Shown one piece after another: positions 29,647 to 40,353 of a stretch of 64,000 nucleotides of DNA. Made by a program: the position numbers and the translations under genes. Origin of the DNA: an uncultured Candidatus Rokubacteria bacterium (lineage in GTDB: Bacteria; Methylomirabilota; Methylomirabilia; Rokubacteriales; CSP1-6); assembly GCA_963827505.1 (NCBI GenBank), contig CAWHBD010000002.1:393692-457691 (forward strand), read 5' to 3'. The notes beneath the pieces are model-generated. The model did not search any database. It was given only the letters and a program-made list of their open reading frames with translations, and had not been told where the DNA came from. Within the stretch, counting starts at the first letter, position 1; every line of letters starts with the position of its first letter.

Positions 29647-30084
29647 CTAGCGGGGCGCGACCTCCGAGGTGCAGTGCGGACACCGGCGAGCCCGGAGCGG
29701 GATCTGGCTGGTGCAGGCCGGGCACTCGCGCGTCGTTGGCGCCGCCACCGGCTCGGGGCCACGCAGGCGGTTCACGTTCTTGACCACCAGGAAGACGGCG
29801 AAGCCCACGATGACCAGGTTGATGATGCTGTTGATGAACAGCCCGTAGTTCAGCGTGGGGACTCCGGCCGCCTTGGCGGCGGCGATGGTCGGGAAGCTCC
29901 CGCTGCCCAGCGTGACGAACAGGTTGGCGAAGTCCACCTTGCCCAGCAGCAGTCCGACCGGCGGCATCAAGATGTCGCTCACGAACGAGCCGACCACGGT
30001 GGTGAAGGCCGCTCCGATCACGATGCCGACCGCGAGATCGACCATGTTGCCCCGCATGATGAAGGTCTTGAATTCGCCGAGCAT
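29647..30084 (-). CDS. mscL: Large-conductance mechanosensitive channel MscL with a C-terminal C4 zinc-ribbon extension
   Basis: [56 protein letters not shown]...[25 protein letters not shown] is canonical MscL. A tail [21 protein letters not shown] (CxxC-x10-CxxC) follows. Confidence 0.8.
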   Translation of the reverse strand: MLGEFKTFIMRGNMVDLAVGIVIGAAFTTVVGSFVSDILMPPVGLLLGKVDFANLFVTLGSGSFPTIAAAKAAGVPTLNYGLFINSIINLVIVGFAVFLVVKNVNRLRGPEPVAAPTTRECPACTSQIPLRARRCPHCTSEVAPR

Positions 30085-30109
30085 GTCGCGCCTCCTGAAG
30101 GTGGGCCGT

Positions 30110-31867
30110 TCACCGCTTGGAGATCAGATACCGTCCGAGCGCGAGGTGCGGCAGTCCTGAGCGCTCGAACGTGTCCACCGCGTCGGCCGGTGATCCGACC
30201 AGCGGCTCGCCATGCAGGTTGAACGAGGTGTTCAGGACCGCCCCGGTCCCGGTGCGTCGCTCGAATTCGCGAATCACGCGGTGGTAGCCGGGGTTCCACG
30301 TCTCGTCCACGATGTGGGCCCGGGCGGTGCCGTCCTGAGGGTGCACCGCGGCAACGATCTCGTCACGCCGCTTGGGGTTGGTGGGGAAGGCCAGCATCAT
30401 GTACGGCGAGGCAAGCCCCTTGGGGTTCACCAGGTAGTCGCCCTCGCGCTCCCGCAGCACGCTCGGGGCGAACGGCATCCAGAAATCCCGGTTCTTGATC
30501 ATGCGATTGATGAGCCCGACCACCCGGTGATCGGCCGGGTTGGCCAGGATCGAACGGTTGCCGAGCGAGCGGGCGCCGAACTCCATGCGGCCGGCGCAGC
30601 GGGCGACCACACCGTCGGAGACGAGCAGATCGGCGATGCGCTCCTCCATCTGCTCGGGCTCGCTCACGCGGTGTCGGGCTCCGAGATCGCGGCGGCGCAC
30701 GAGGTCCTCGACCTCGGCGTCGTCGATCGAAGGCCCCAGGTAGGCGGGCCCCAGCGGAGCCGGCCGGGCCTCGACGCCGGCCCCGGCGCAGGCATCCACG
30801 TAGCCGAGGTAGGCGGCGCCGATCGCATTGGACTCGTCGCCGCACGACGGGAACACGAAGAGGTCGCGCACCCACTCCTCGTCGGCCAGCCGCATGTTGG
30901 CCTTGACGTTCATGAACACGCCGCCGCCCAGGGCCAGCCGCTCGCCGCCGTAGCGCGTGTGCATGAGCCGCGCCCATCGCAGCAGCAGATCCTCGACCAT
31001 CTGCTGGGCGCCACCCGCCACCGCGTCGAAGCGCTGGCCCAGCGTGTCCTCCAGCAGCAGCCGGTAGCGGCCGCCCCGGCGCCGCCAGGCGAAGCGGGCC
31101 GGCGTGTCCTCCACGAGGCCGAAGGTCTCCCCGAGGGCGGCGACGGCGCGCTCCACCGCCTTGGCCGGGGCGTAGGGGGCCAGCCCCATCACCTTGTACT
31201 CGTGCTCCCCGAACTTCATGCCGAGCAGCAGCGTCACGAACGAGTAGAACGATCCGAGCGAGCCGGGTGCGCTGGGGGCGGCCTCGTGGCGCTGCAGCGC
31301 GGTACCGCTGGCGCTGGAGGCGGTGGCGCAGAGACCGTCACCGGAGTTGTCGTTGGTGAGCACCAGCGCGGGCGCCCCCGTGAACGGCGCGCCGAAGTAC
31401 GCGGAGGCGGCGTGGCAGGTGTGGTGATCGAGCGTCACGATCCGCTCGGCGCCGAGGCCGAGATGGCCGTCCACCAGCCCCAGCCGCTCGTTCTCCGACA
31501 ACGTGAACTTGCCCTGGGCCGGCTCGATCAGCCCGAGGCGAGCGCCCAGCTTGCGCGCGCGCTTGCGTAGCCCGGTCCGCGGCTCCTGCAGCCGCACGCC
31601 GTAGTACTCGCGCGCGTAGTCGCCGTCGTGGAGCACGCGGTTCATCCAGTCGCGCGCGTAGGCGCGGCGGCCGGCCAGCGCCACCAGGTCGATCTGCTGG
31701 GGGCGCAGCCGTAGCTCGCGCAGGAGGGCGTCGATGGCCCGGCGCGGATAGCCGGCGTCGTTCTTGAGACGGGTGAAGCGCTCCTCGGAGGCGCAGCCCA
31801 CGACGACGCCGTCGTGCAGGATGGCCGCGGTCGCGCAATGCGTCTCCGAGATGCCGAGGACGATCAT
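30110..31867 (-). CDS. Carbamoyltransferase (NodU/CmcH family)
   Basis: [51 protein letters not shown], a C-terminal carbamoyltransferase domain ([40 protein letters not shown]). 585 aa, intact. Confidence 0.8.
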   Translation of the reverse strand: MIVLGISETHCATAAILHDGVVVGCASEERFTRLKNDAGYPRRAIDALLRELRLRPQQIDLVALAGRRAYARDWMNRVLHDGDYAREYYGVRLQEPRTGLRKRARKLGARLGLIEPAQGKFTLSENERLGLVDGHLGLGAERIVTLDHHTCHAASAYFGAPFTGAPALVLTNDNSGDGLCATASSASGTALQRHEAAPSAPGSLGSFYSFVTLLLGMKFGEHEYKVMGLAPYAPAKAVERAVAALGETFGLVEDTPARFAWRRRGGRYRLLLEDTLGQRFDAVAGGAQQMVEDLLLRWARLMHTRYGGERLALGGGVFMNVKANMRLADEEWVRDLFVFPSCGDESNAIGAAYLGYVDACAGAGVEARPAPLGPAYLGPSIDDAEVEDLVRRRDLGARHRVSEPEQMEERIADLLVSDGVVARCAGRMEFGARSLGNRSILANPADHRVVGLINRMIKNRDFWMPFAPSVLREREGDYLVNPKGLASPYMMLAFPTNPKRRDEIVAAVHPQDGTARAHIVDETWNPGYHRVIREFERRTGTGAVLNTSFNLHGEPLVGSPADAVDTFERSGLPHLALGRYLISKR

Positions 31868-31915
31868 GCCGGCATGATCTTAACAGACGCCCGGCCGGCG
31901 GCCGGCACCACGCGA

Positions 31916-32358
31916 TCACGCGCCGGGATCGGCGACCAGGCGCGCCGCGGCGATGCCGGCCACGGCGCAGGCCTCATCCTTGTCGGAGGTGTCGCCGGAG
32001 ATCCCGACCGCACCGAGGATGTCTCCGCCCGCATCGCGGATCAGCACGCCGCCGGCGGCCGGCACCACGCGGCCGTCCGACATGGCGTTGAGGGCCGCGA
32101 AGAACGCCTGCTGCTGCGCCTGTCCGTCAGCCACCCGGCGGGCCAGCGTGCGAGAGCCGAAGCCCATCCCCAGCGCGCCCCACGCCTTGCCCACCGCGAT
32201 CTGGGGCCGCACGATGCCGGCGCCGTCCTCGCGTGCGAAGGCCTTCAGGTGCCCGCCGGCGTCCAGCACCGCCACCGCCAGCGGCGCACAGGTCGTCTCG
32301 CGACCAGTGCGTAGCGCGGTCTCCACGATCGTCGTCGCCTGCTGCAGGGTGAGGCTCA
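31916..32358 (-). CDS. GlcG/HbpS-like heme-binding protein (DUF336)
   Basis: MSLTLQQATTIVETALRTGRETTCAPLAVAVLDAGGHLKAF...GGVLIRDAGGDILGAVGISGDTSDKDEACAVAGI. Coordinates are within 2 nt. Confidence 0.65.
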
Positions 32359-32440
32359 TGCGCGGGGCGCCCTCCCAGGAGCCCGCGCTAGGGTATGCTC
32401 TGGCCACTGACCACGCAACCTGGCCCCGGGAGGAATGTCG

Positions 32441-33163
32441 ATGGCACGCTGGGACACCATTCAGGTCGATGGACAGCCGATGCGGGTTTACCTGGACACC
32501 CCGCCCGGCGGCGGCGCCGTACCCGGTGTCGTCGTCATCATGCACGGGCCCGGCCTCGATCGCTTCGTCGAGGATCGGGTGGAGGATCTCGCGCGCAACG
32601 GCTACGCAGCGATCGCGCCCGATCTCTATCACCGCCAGCCCCCGGACGGCGACATGATGACCCGCGTCGGCCGGCTGCGCGACCGTGAGATCCTCGCCGA
32701 CGCCGACGCCGCCACCGCCCACCTCAAGGGGCTGACCGAGGTCCGGGTCGGCGATCTCGCCGTGCTCGGCTTCTGCATGGGCGGACGCATCACGTACCTG
32801 CTGGCCGGCGCCCGGCCCGCCAACTGGAAAGTGGCCGGCGTGTTCTACGGCGGCAACATCATGAAGCCGTGGGGCGAGGGCCCGGCGCCGCTCGAGCTGA
32901 CCGGCCAGATCGCTTGTCGGACCATCGGCTTCTTCGGGCTGGAGGACGCCAACCCCTCGCCCGACGACGTGAAGAAGATCGACGCCGAGATGACCCGGCA
33001 CGGCAAGCCGCACGAGTTCCACAGTTACGAGGGAGCCGGCCACGCCTTCCTGAACTTCATGAACGCCGAGCGCCACCGGCCCAAGCAGGGCGCCGACGCC
33101 TGGGCCAAGATGCTCGCGTTCCTCGAGCAGAACCTCAAGCTCAAGGCCGCCCGCGCCTCCTGA
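32441..33163 (+). CDS. Dienelactone hydrolase family protein
   Basis: GVVVIMHGPGLDRF...LARNGYAAIAPDLYHR, VLGFCMGG (nucleophile elbow, Cys type), C-terminal HAF. An ATG at 32435 is also possible. Confidence 0.75.
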   Translation: MARWDTIQVDGQPMRVYLDTPPGGGAVPGVVVIMHGPGLDRFVEDRVEDLARNGYAAIAPDLYHRQPPDGDMMTRVGRLRDREILADADAATAHLKGLTEVRVGDLAVLGFCMGGRITYLLAGARPANWKVAGVFYGGNIMKPWGEGPAPLELTGQIACRTIGFFGLEDANPSPDDVKKIDAEMTRHGKPHEFHSYEGAGHAFLNFMNAERHRPKQGADAWAKMLAFLEQNLKLKAARAS

Positions 33164-33989
33164 CCGCCCGCGCCCGGAATCCCGACGGCGGCGGGCTCTC
33201 GAACGCGACCCGCCGGCCGTCGGGATGCACGAAGCCCAGGCGGGTGGCGTGCAAGCACACGCGGCCCAGCGGATCCCGGCGGCCGCCGTAGGCGCGGTCG
33301 CCGACGATCGGGTGCCCGAGCTCGGCCAGCTGTGCGCGAATCTGGCCGCGGCGCCCGGTCACCAGCGACAGCTCCAGCACCGTTGCGCCCTCCTCTCGCG
33401 CCAGCACCCGGTAGCGCGTGATCGCCTCCCGGCCCTGGCGGGTGTCGCGGGAAGGCCGGACGCGCAGCGAGCGGTCCTCGACCAGTCTCGAGGTCAGCGT
33501 GCCGGTGTCGTCGCGGATGTTGCCCTCCACGCGGGCCACGTAGACACGCTCGGGCGTCCGCGCGCGGAACTGCTCCTGCAGCACGTCCTTGGCCTTGAGC
33601 GTCCGCGCGAAGACCAGCAGGCCGGACGTCTCGCGGTCGAGCCGGTGGACGACGAAGACGCGGCCGGCGTCGCGGCCGTCCATCCAGTCGCGCAGCAGCC
33701 GGTAGGCCGTCCGCTCGCGCTCGCTCAGGTCGGCGATCGTGAGCAGGCCGGGCGCCTTGTCGATCACGAGGATCTCGGCGTCCTCGTGGACCAGCCGCAG
33801 CGGCGCCGGGATGGGCGCGTCGGGGGGTGACCCCAACTCGACGCGATCGGCGGTCCGGACCGGCGCGTCGCCCCGCCGGACGACGGTGCCGTTGACGCGC
33901 ACCCGCCCCCGCTCCAGCCACTGCTTGAGGCTCCGCCCGGACGTGCCCGGAAACAGCGCGTGGAGGCGGGCGCGGACCGTTCCCTTCAC
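33141..33989 (-). CDS. RluA-family pseudouridine synthase with N-terminal S4 domain
   Basis: S4 domain (LHALFPGTSGRSLKQWLERGRVRVNGTVV), HRLDRETSGLLVFART (catalytic Asp motif). GTG start assumed at 33989. Converges on and overlaps the dienelactone hydrolase gene by ~22 nt. Confidence 0.7.
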   Translation of the reverse strand: MKGTVRARLHALFPGTSGRSLKQWLERGRVRVNGTVVRRGDAPVRTADRVELGSPPDAPIPAPLRLVHEDAEILVIDKAPGLLTIADLSERERTAYRLLRDWMDGRDAGRVFVVHRLDRETSGLLVFARTLKAKDVLQEQFRARTPERVYVARVEGNIRDDTGTLTSRLVEDRSLRVRPSRDTRQGREAITRYRVLAREEGATVLELSLVTGRRGQIRAQLAELGHPIVGDRAYGGRRDPLGRVCLHATRLGFVHPDGRRVAFESPPPSGFRARAVRRRGRP

Positions 33990-34043
33990 CAGCTTGCCGT
34001 TCCTTTCTTGACCCCGGCGGCCGCAACGGCCTAGCGTCGGAGC

Positions 34044-34448
34044 ATGCCCCACCAGCCGACCGCCGCCACCGAATTCCGGCGCGGCCTGAATGGCTACAAC
34101 CTGACGGTCGGCCTGATCGCGTCGCTCGCGCTCGGCGGGGCCGTACTACTGGCGACTGCGACCGGCCTCGGCCCCGACCTGCTCGGCCGCGGCGCCGCGC
34201 CGCAAGCCGCCGTCGCCGCACTCGCCCTCTTCGTGGTGATCACTGCCATCCACACGGCCGTGCACACCTACCTCGGCTGGCGCTTCGACCGCGGCATCCG
34301 GGCCGCCACCGCCGGCGACCACCCCCGCGCCGTCCGCCTCCTCATCCCCGTCACCCGTCCCGGCCTGGACCACTATGACCCCGACGGCACCGCCCGCCAC
34401 ACCCTGGAATCGAGCCGCGCCGAAGTTCAGCGAACCGCCCGCCGCTAG
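34044..34448 (+). CDS. Hypothetical membrane protein (2 predicted TM helices)
   Basis: 134 aa, hydrophobic segments LTVGLIASLALGGAVLLATA and AVAALALFVVITAIHTAV. Coding-like GC3 bias. No family recognised. Confidence 0.35.
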   Translation: MPHQPTAATEFRRGLNGYNLTVGLIASLALGGAVLLATATGLGPDLLGRGAAPQAAVAALALFVVITAIHTAVHTYLGWRFDRGIRAATAGDHPRAVRLLIPVTRPGLDHYDPDGTARHTLESSRAEVQRTARR

Positions 34449-34459
34449 TCTCCCTGGTC

Positions 34460-34665
34460 GATGATTCGCCCCCCGGGTTGCGGTGGGGGAGTCCGGTGCT
34501 CGGGGTGGGGTCCGTGGACCCGTTCCCGCCAACCATCACCGTACGCCCCCCAGCCTGATGGAGCCCAGCCGCCAACGGCCCGATGCGGACTCCAGCCCCG
34601 TGGTGCCACGGACCCCACCCCGAGCACCGGACTCCTCCACCGCAACACGGGCCGGACGAATCGCC
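34460..34665. repeat. Large inverted repeat / hairpin element: ~57-bp arms, 88-bp spacer
   Basis: GATGATTCGCCCCCCGGGTTGCGGTGGGGGAGTCCGGTGCTCGGGGTGGGGTCCGTGG (34460-34517) is near-perfectly complementary to CCACGGACCCCACCCCGAGCACCGGACTCCTCCACCGCAACACGGGCCGGACGAATCGCC (34606-34665). It sits 12 nt after the stop of the + gene and 11 nt before the stop of the convergent amidase. Confidence 0.65.
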
Positions 34666-34675
34666 GCTCCGGAGA

Positions 34676-36020
34676 CTAGGCGGCGGGCGAGACCGCTCCC
34701 ACCAGCCAGCGTGCGGTGCGCAGGAGACGCGCATCGCCGTGGCGAGGCCCGACGAGCTGGACACCGAGCGGCAGGCCGTTAGCGCCGCGCATGATGGGCA
34801 CGCTGATGGCGGGCATCCCGGCGAGCGTCCACAGCGCGCAGAAGGCCGGATCGCCGGTCGAGTCGAGTCCCGCCGGCGCCGTGCCGGGGGCGGCCGGGGT
34901 CAGGATGGCGTCGTAACGCTGCTCGAACAGCTCCGTGAAGCTCGCCTGCAGCTCGGGGATGCGGGCCAGCGCGCGCAGGTAGTGGGGGGCGCGCACCTCG
35001 TGGCCGCGCTCGATGCTGGCCCGCAGCGAGTTCGACAGCCCCGCCCGTCCGGTCCGCCATTCCCGGTCGAGGTTCACCGCCAGCTCGGCGTTCATGATGG
35101 TGCGATGCCACTCGGCCGTCTCCGCGGCCGGCCTCACCAGCTCCACCTCCTCTAGGCGATCGCCGAGCACGGCGGCCAGCTCCTCGAAGGCCTCGCGGGC
35201 GTCGGGGTCGACCGCGTCCCACATCGTCGTCTTCACGAAAGCGAACATCGGCGGCAGCGGGGGCTCCTCGCCAGCGAGCTGCCGGTAGGGCACACGCGCG
35301 CGTGGCCGGGTGTCGGGATCACGCTCGTCGTGGCCGGCCAGCTGCTCCAGTAAGCAGAGCGAGATCGTCGATGGAGCGCGCGAACAGCCCCACGTGATCC
35401 AGCGTGCGCGAGAGCTGGAACATGCCGTGGCGCGGAATCAGCCCGTGGGTCGGCTTGAGGCCGTACACGCCGCAGTAGGAGGCGGGCCGGATGGTGGAGC
35501 CGCCGGTCTGGCTGCCGAGCGCCAGCGGGACCATGCCCGCCGCCACCGCCGCCGCCGAGCCGCTCGACGATCCACCCGGCGTGTGGGCCGGGTCGTGCGG
35601 GTTGCGCGTCTTGCCCGGCTGTCGCGTCGCGAACTCCGTGGTCACCGTCTTGCCCAGGATGACCGCGCCCGCCCCCCGCAGCATCGCCGTCACGCTCGCG
35701 TCCCGGGAAGGCGTCCGGCCGGCGTGCAGCACCGAGCCGTTCTCGGTCGGCATGTCGGCGGTGTCGATGATGTCCTTCAAGGCCACCGGCACGCCGTGCA
35801 GCGGCCCGATCACTCGGCCCGACATCCGCGCCTCGTCCGCCGCCCTCGCCTGCCCCAGCGCCAGCTCCGGGTCCAGGAAGGTCCACGCCTCGACGTCCCG
35901 ATCGACGGCCCGGATGCGCGCCAGGCACGCCTCGACCAGCTGCTCCGAGCTGATCACCCCATCCCGAATCAGCCGCGCCCCCTCCCCCGCCGACACCGCA
36001 TACAGATCCGTCAAATCCAT
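34676..36020 (-). pseudogene. Amidase (amidase-signature family, GatA-like), single frameshift near 35325-35345
   Basis: N-terminal 233 aa intact, including the GGSSSGSAAAVAAG signature and VPVALKDII. The C-terminal 200 aa sit in the other frame (…GLPLGVQLVGPRHGDARLL). A 1-nt indel at ...IDDLALL|LEQLAGHDERDP. Confidence 0.6.
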
Positions 36021-36150
36021 CCCACCACCCCCTCCTCCCCATTGGCTCCACGCCCAGCACCCACGTGCCCGCGTAATCCTAGCCCAGGACGACGTCAGCC
36101 GGCGTCTCTCGCCCCTCCGCCAACAACCCTTATCAGCGAGACGGTCTGAT

Positions 36151-36267
36151 CAACCGCGCTCGAGCGCGGGCTTCGCCCGCGCAATCCGGTCCGAGGGGGA
36201 GGCAGGAAGGAGCGCGACGCCAGTCGCGCGACGACCGCCGGAAGGGGGACGAAGTCCCCCTCCGGGC
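36151..36267 (-). repeat. Structured repeat, family 2, copy A (minus orientation), starting at the dctM stop codon
   Basis: On the minus strand: TAG-CCCGGAGGGGGACTTCGTCCCCCTTCCGGCGGTCGTCGCGCGACTGGCGTCGCGCTCCTTCCTGCCTCCCCCT...GCGCGGGCGAAGCCCGCGCTCGAGCGCGGTTG. Three hairpins (GGGGGAC/GTCCCCC; GCGCGAC/GTCGCGC; GCGCGGG-cgaa-CCCGCGC containing the GCGAAGC mini-hairpin) plus a CU-rich tract CUCCUUCCUGCCUCCCCCU. About 85% identical to 53897-54018. Confidence 0.65.
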
Positions 36268-38301
36268 TACTTCCCGTAGAGAAACTCCGGCAGCCACAGC
36301 GTCATGCCCGGCCACACGTGCATGAAGACGAGACACACGACCACGATGATCATGTACGGCATCATGCCCGCGAAGATCTGGTTGAGCGTGACGTGCTTGG
36401 GGGCCACTCCCTTCAGGTAGAACGCCGACATCGCCACCGGCGGCGACAGGAACGCGGCCTGCAGGTTGACCGCGACCATGGTGCCGAAGAGCAGCGGATC
36501 GATCTGGAAGTGGGTCAGCAAGGGGATGAAGATCGGACAGAAGATGACGATGATCTCGGTCCACTCCAGCGGCCAGCCGAGCAGGAAGATGATGAGCTGG
36601 GCGATGATCGTGAACCCCAGCGGGCGACAGGTTCAGGCCGAGCACCCAGCGCTCGATGAGCGACTGGCCCCCGTGCAGGGCGAACACGGCGGAGAAGAGG
36701 GCGGAGCCGACGAAGAGCCAGCACACCATCGCCGTCGTCTTGGCGGTGAGGAAGGTCGACTGCTTGAGGTTCTCGCGGAGCTCGGGGGAGTCCCGCAGGT
36801 GCCACAGGCCCGGCACGACGGTGCCCAGGAACGTCCCGCCGATCGAGCCGGCCACCAGCAGCGAGGCCAGCGTCTCTTCCTGCCACCAGCCGAGCGTGAC
36901 CCCGACCACGAACCCGACCAGGCTCCACCACCAGACCTGGCGCGGGTAGCGCGCCATCACCGCCAGGTAGAGCGCGCCGAGGGCGCCGATGGCGGCCGAC
37001 TCCGTCGCGGTGCAGATGCCGAACAGGATCACCGCCAGCACCACCGCGGTGAGCACGCCGAGCGGCACGACCGAGACGATCAGCTCCTTGAGGATCTCGA
37101 GCTGCTCGCCGTCCATCCGCCAGAAGTAGACGGCGAGCAGGAGCCCCGAGAACGCCGCCAGCCCCCAGAACCAGGGATAGAAGTGCGCGGGCACCTTGCC
37201 GGCCGACGTCACCGCCGTGGCGTCCCGCAGCGACGTCATCTCCTCGGGTGGCCCCTCGGTTCGCGGTGAGCGCGCCGTGCTCTCCGACGAGGCCCCCGAC
37301 CCCAGCTCCTGCACGGGCTCAGCCTCCACGGCGGAGCCCAGCTCCTGCGGCTTGTCCTCGCCGGCGGCGACCGGCGCGGCGCGGCGGTGCCGGGGCAGCC
37401 GCGACGGGCCGTGGGCTCGGCGCCGGGGCGAGCTGCCGTGACCTCCGGGGCGTTGTAGACGACGACGTACCACCACGTCGCCCCGAAGGTGCCGGCCGTC
37501 GAGCAGGACGGGCACCGCCAGCGCGGCGACGTCCCGCGCGATCGCCCGGTAGCCGGCGCCGGCGGCCGCTCGGGCCGGCCGAAGGGCGGCGCCGAGGAGC
37601 CCGGGCACGATGCGGCCCGAGCGCCCGCGCTCCAGCGCGGCCAGGTAGGCCGGCACCGCGACGCGATACTGGTCGGGCGCCAGCTTGGGGGCGATCTTCG
37701 GGTTGATGATCGCCCAGCCCAGGATGTAGACGAGGTAGAGGAACGTCAGGAAGAAGCCCGGCAGCATCGCCGCCGCGTACAGCTTGACGATCGACTGGCC
37801 GGCCACCGCCGCGTAGACGATCAGCATGACCGAGGGGGGGATCAGGATGCCCAGCGTGCCCCCCGCGGTGATGGCCCCCGAGGCCAGCCGGATGTCGTAG
37901 CCCGCCTTGAGCATCGGCCGCAGGGCGATGACGCCCATGAGCACGACGACGGCCCCGACGATGCCGGAGGCGATGCCCCAGAAGGCGCACACCAGCAGCG
38001 TCGTCACCGCCAGCGAGGCCGGCACGCGGCGGAAGGCGAGCTGGACGCTGTGGAACATGCGGTCGACCAGCGCCGCCCGCTCCATGATGTAGCCCATGAA
38101 GACGAACAGCGGGACCGACAGCAGGGTGTCGTTGGTCATCACCCCGTAGGTGCGCTGGGCGATGAGGTCGAAGATCCGGTTGTCGTACCAGTGGGCCCCG
38201 GGCACCCAGAACGCGATGAACCCGAAGACCATGCCGAGGCCCATCAGCGTGAACGCGGTCGGGTAGCCCATCATGATGGCGACCACGATGAGTCCCAGCA
38301 T
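36267..38301 (-). pseudogene. dctM: TRAP transporter large permease DctM, one frameshift near 36590-36610; possible ~150-aa low-complexity insert
   Basis: N-terminus MLGLIVVAIMMGYPTAFTLMGLGMVFGFIAF...; central FYPWFWGLAAFSGLLLAVYFWRMDGEQLEILKELIVSVVPLGVLTAVVLAVILFGICTATESAAIGALGALYLAV; C-terminus in another frame (LTHFQIDPLLFGTMVAVNLQAAFLSPPVAMSAFYLKGVAPKHVTLNQIFAGMMPYMIIVVVCLVFMHVWPGMTLWLPEFLYGK-stop). Confidence 0.6.
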
Positions 38302-38325
38302 CGATGAGACCGAGCGAGGGATCGC

Positions 38326-39034
38326 TCACGGCTTGGGCTCGTCGTCCCGGATCGCCCGCTCGTGGACGACGCCCTCCTCCATCACGCTCCGGTGACGGGC
38401 GGCCTCGTCGATCGCCTTGGCCCCCTCCATGGCCGCCCGGCGCGACTCCTCGTCCACGTACTGGCTGTGCCCGAGCTGGGTGTCGATGACGTCGATCTCC
38501 TCGACGTCGGCCAGCCGCGCCGGCCACGCCCCGGTGCGCAGGCAGACGACGCAGCGCACGATCTCGGCCAGCCCCTGGAGCATGACGAGCACGCCGGCGA
38601 TCGGGAATCACGCGTCTTGAAGTGGTAGACCGGCGGCCCCTCGGCGGTGACCGTGGAGTGCTCGCCGATGCGCCAGGAGTCGGCGGCGAAGCCGCCCCCC
38701 GCGTAGATGAGCCCGAGCATGCACGGGATGAAGAAGAGCAGGTAGAGGGTCAGGTCGAGCGCGGCCTGGCCGCGCGGCTTCATGTAGACGTAGACGAAGT
38801 CGGCGCGGACGTGGCCGGCCTGGGCCAGGGTGTAGGCGCCGCACATCATGAACAGCGTCCCGTACAGCATGTTGTTGAAGTCGAAGATCCACGCCGTCGG
38901 CGCGTTGAGGATGTAGCGCTTGAACACCTCGATGGACGACGACGAACGTGAGGGCCACGATGAGCCACGCGAAGGTCTTGCCCGACCAGTAGCTGAGCTG
39001 GTCGACGGCGCGGATGAAGCGCGGTGGCGCTCAT
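38326..39034 (-). pseudogene. dctQ: TRAP transporter small permease DctQ, 3 or more frameshifts
   Basis: MSAPPRFIRAVDQLSYWSGKTFAWLIVALTFVV (shifted already at codon 4), FKRYILNAPTAWIFDFNNMLYGTLFMMCGAYTLAQAGHVRADFVYVYMKPRGQAALDLTLYLLFFIPCMLGLIY..., and the C-terminus LVMLQGLAEIVRCVVCLRTGAWPARLADVEEID in another frame. Confidence 0.5.
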
Positions 39035-39113
39035 CGGCGGCGAACCGCCGGCCCGGCCACCCGGCGGGCGCCGGGTGACGGCCGGGACGACGCGGAGACG
39101 GCCACGGAGGTCG

Positions 39114-40257
39114 CTAGCTCTTCTTCGGGGCGGGCTTGCCGAAGTAGTGGTTGTACGCCATGCGGCGGCTCACGTTGGTGTCGAGGTCCCACTTCACCGC
39201 CCGCGCCGCGAAGGCCTTCTGGGACTCGACGATCTCCTTGAACATCGGGTTGTCGGCGGCCTTCTTGTCGGCGACGCGCGTCGTAGATCTCCAGCTGCCT
39301 CTGCAGCACCGAGTCCGGCGTCTTGTAGAAGCGCACCTTGTCCTTCGTCTGCAGCTCGATGTAGTCCTTGGAGTAGCGGTCGATCGCCTTCCACGCCATG
39401 TCGGCCGAGGCCGCCTCGACGGCGTACTCGATGATGGCCTTCATCTTGTCGGGCAGGGCGTCGAACTTGGTCTTGTTGAACGTGATCTCGAACTGCTCGG
39501 CGTTCTGGTGGTAGCTCTGCAGCATGCACACCTTGGAGACGTCGGCGAAGCCGAGGATGCGGTCGGAGGTGGCGTTGTTGAACTCGGCGGCGTCGAGGAG
39601 GCCGCGGTCCATGGCCGGCACGATCTCGCCGCCCGGCAGCGCGTTGACGGCGGCGCCCAGCCCCGTGAACACGTCGATCGAGATGCCGACCGTCCGGAAC
39701 TTGAGGCCCTTGAAGTCGTCGGCCTTGGTGACCGGCTTCTTGAACCAGCCCAGCGGCTGCGTGGCCATGGGCCCGTACGGGAACGACACGACGTTGGCGC
39801 CGATCGAGGCGTAGAGCTTGGTCAGCAGCTGCTTGCCGCCGCCGTACTTGTGCCAGGACAGCAGCATGTTGGCGTCCATGCCGAAGGCGGGGCCCGAGCC
39901 CCACAGCGCCAGCGCCGTCTGCTTGCCGTAGTGGTAGACGAGGACGCCGTGGCCGCCGTCGAGCGTGCCCTTCGACACGGCGTCGAGCAGGCCGAAGGCC
40001 GGGACGACCGCGCCGGCCGGCAGCACCTCGATCTTGAGGTCGCCGCCCGTCATGTCGTTGACCTTCTTGGCGAAGTCGAGCGCGTACTCGTGGAAGATGT
40101 CCTTCTGCGGCCACGTGCTCTGCCAGCGCATGGAGATCGGGCCCTGCGCCTTGGCGACCATCGGGAAGCCCAGGGCTGCGGCGCCCGTCGCCGCCACGGC
40201 CGCTCCTGTCAGGAACCTTCGACGCGATGCCTCGGGGGCTGCCTGCGGAGTGTTCAT
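39114..40257 (-). pseudogene. dctP: TRAP transporter substrate-binding protein DctP (Tat signal), one frameshift near 39290
   Basis: MNTPQAAPEASRRRFLTGAAVAATGAAALGFPMVAKAQ (twin-arginine). 340 aa of the DctP fold is intact. The C-terminal 55 aa (VVADKKAADNPMFKEIVESQKAFAARAVKWDLDTNVSRRMAYNHYFGKPAPKKS-stop) are in the +1 frame. Confidence 0.6.
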
Positions 40258-40353
40258 GTGCCCGTCCTCCTCAATGAGGGTGCCTGAGAGATCCGCGTGG
40301 TCTCTCGGTCAGACCATGGCGAAAATACTGGCCCTATCGCACTTCTGTCAAGT

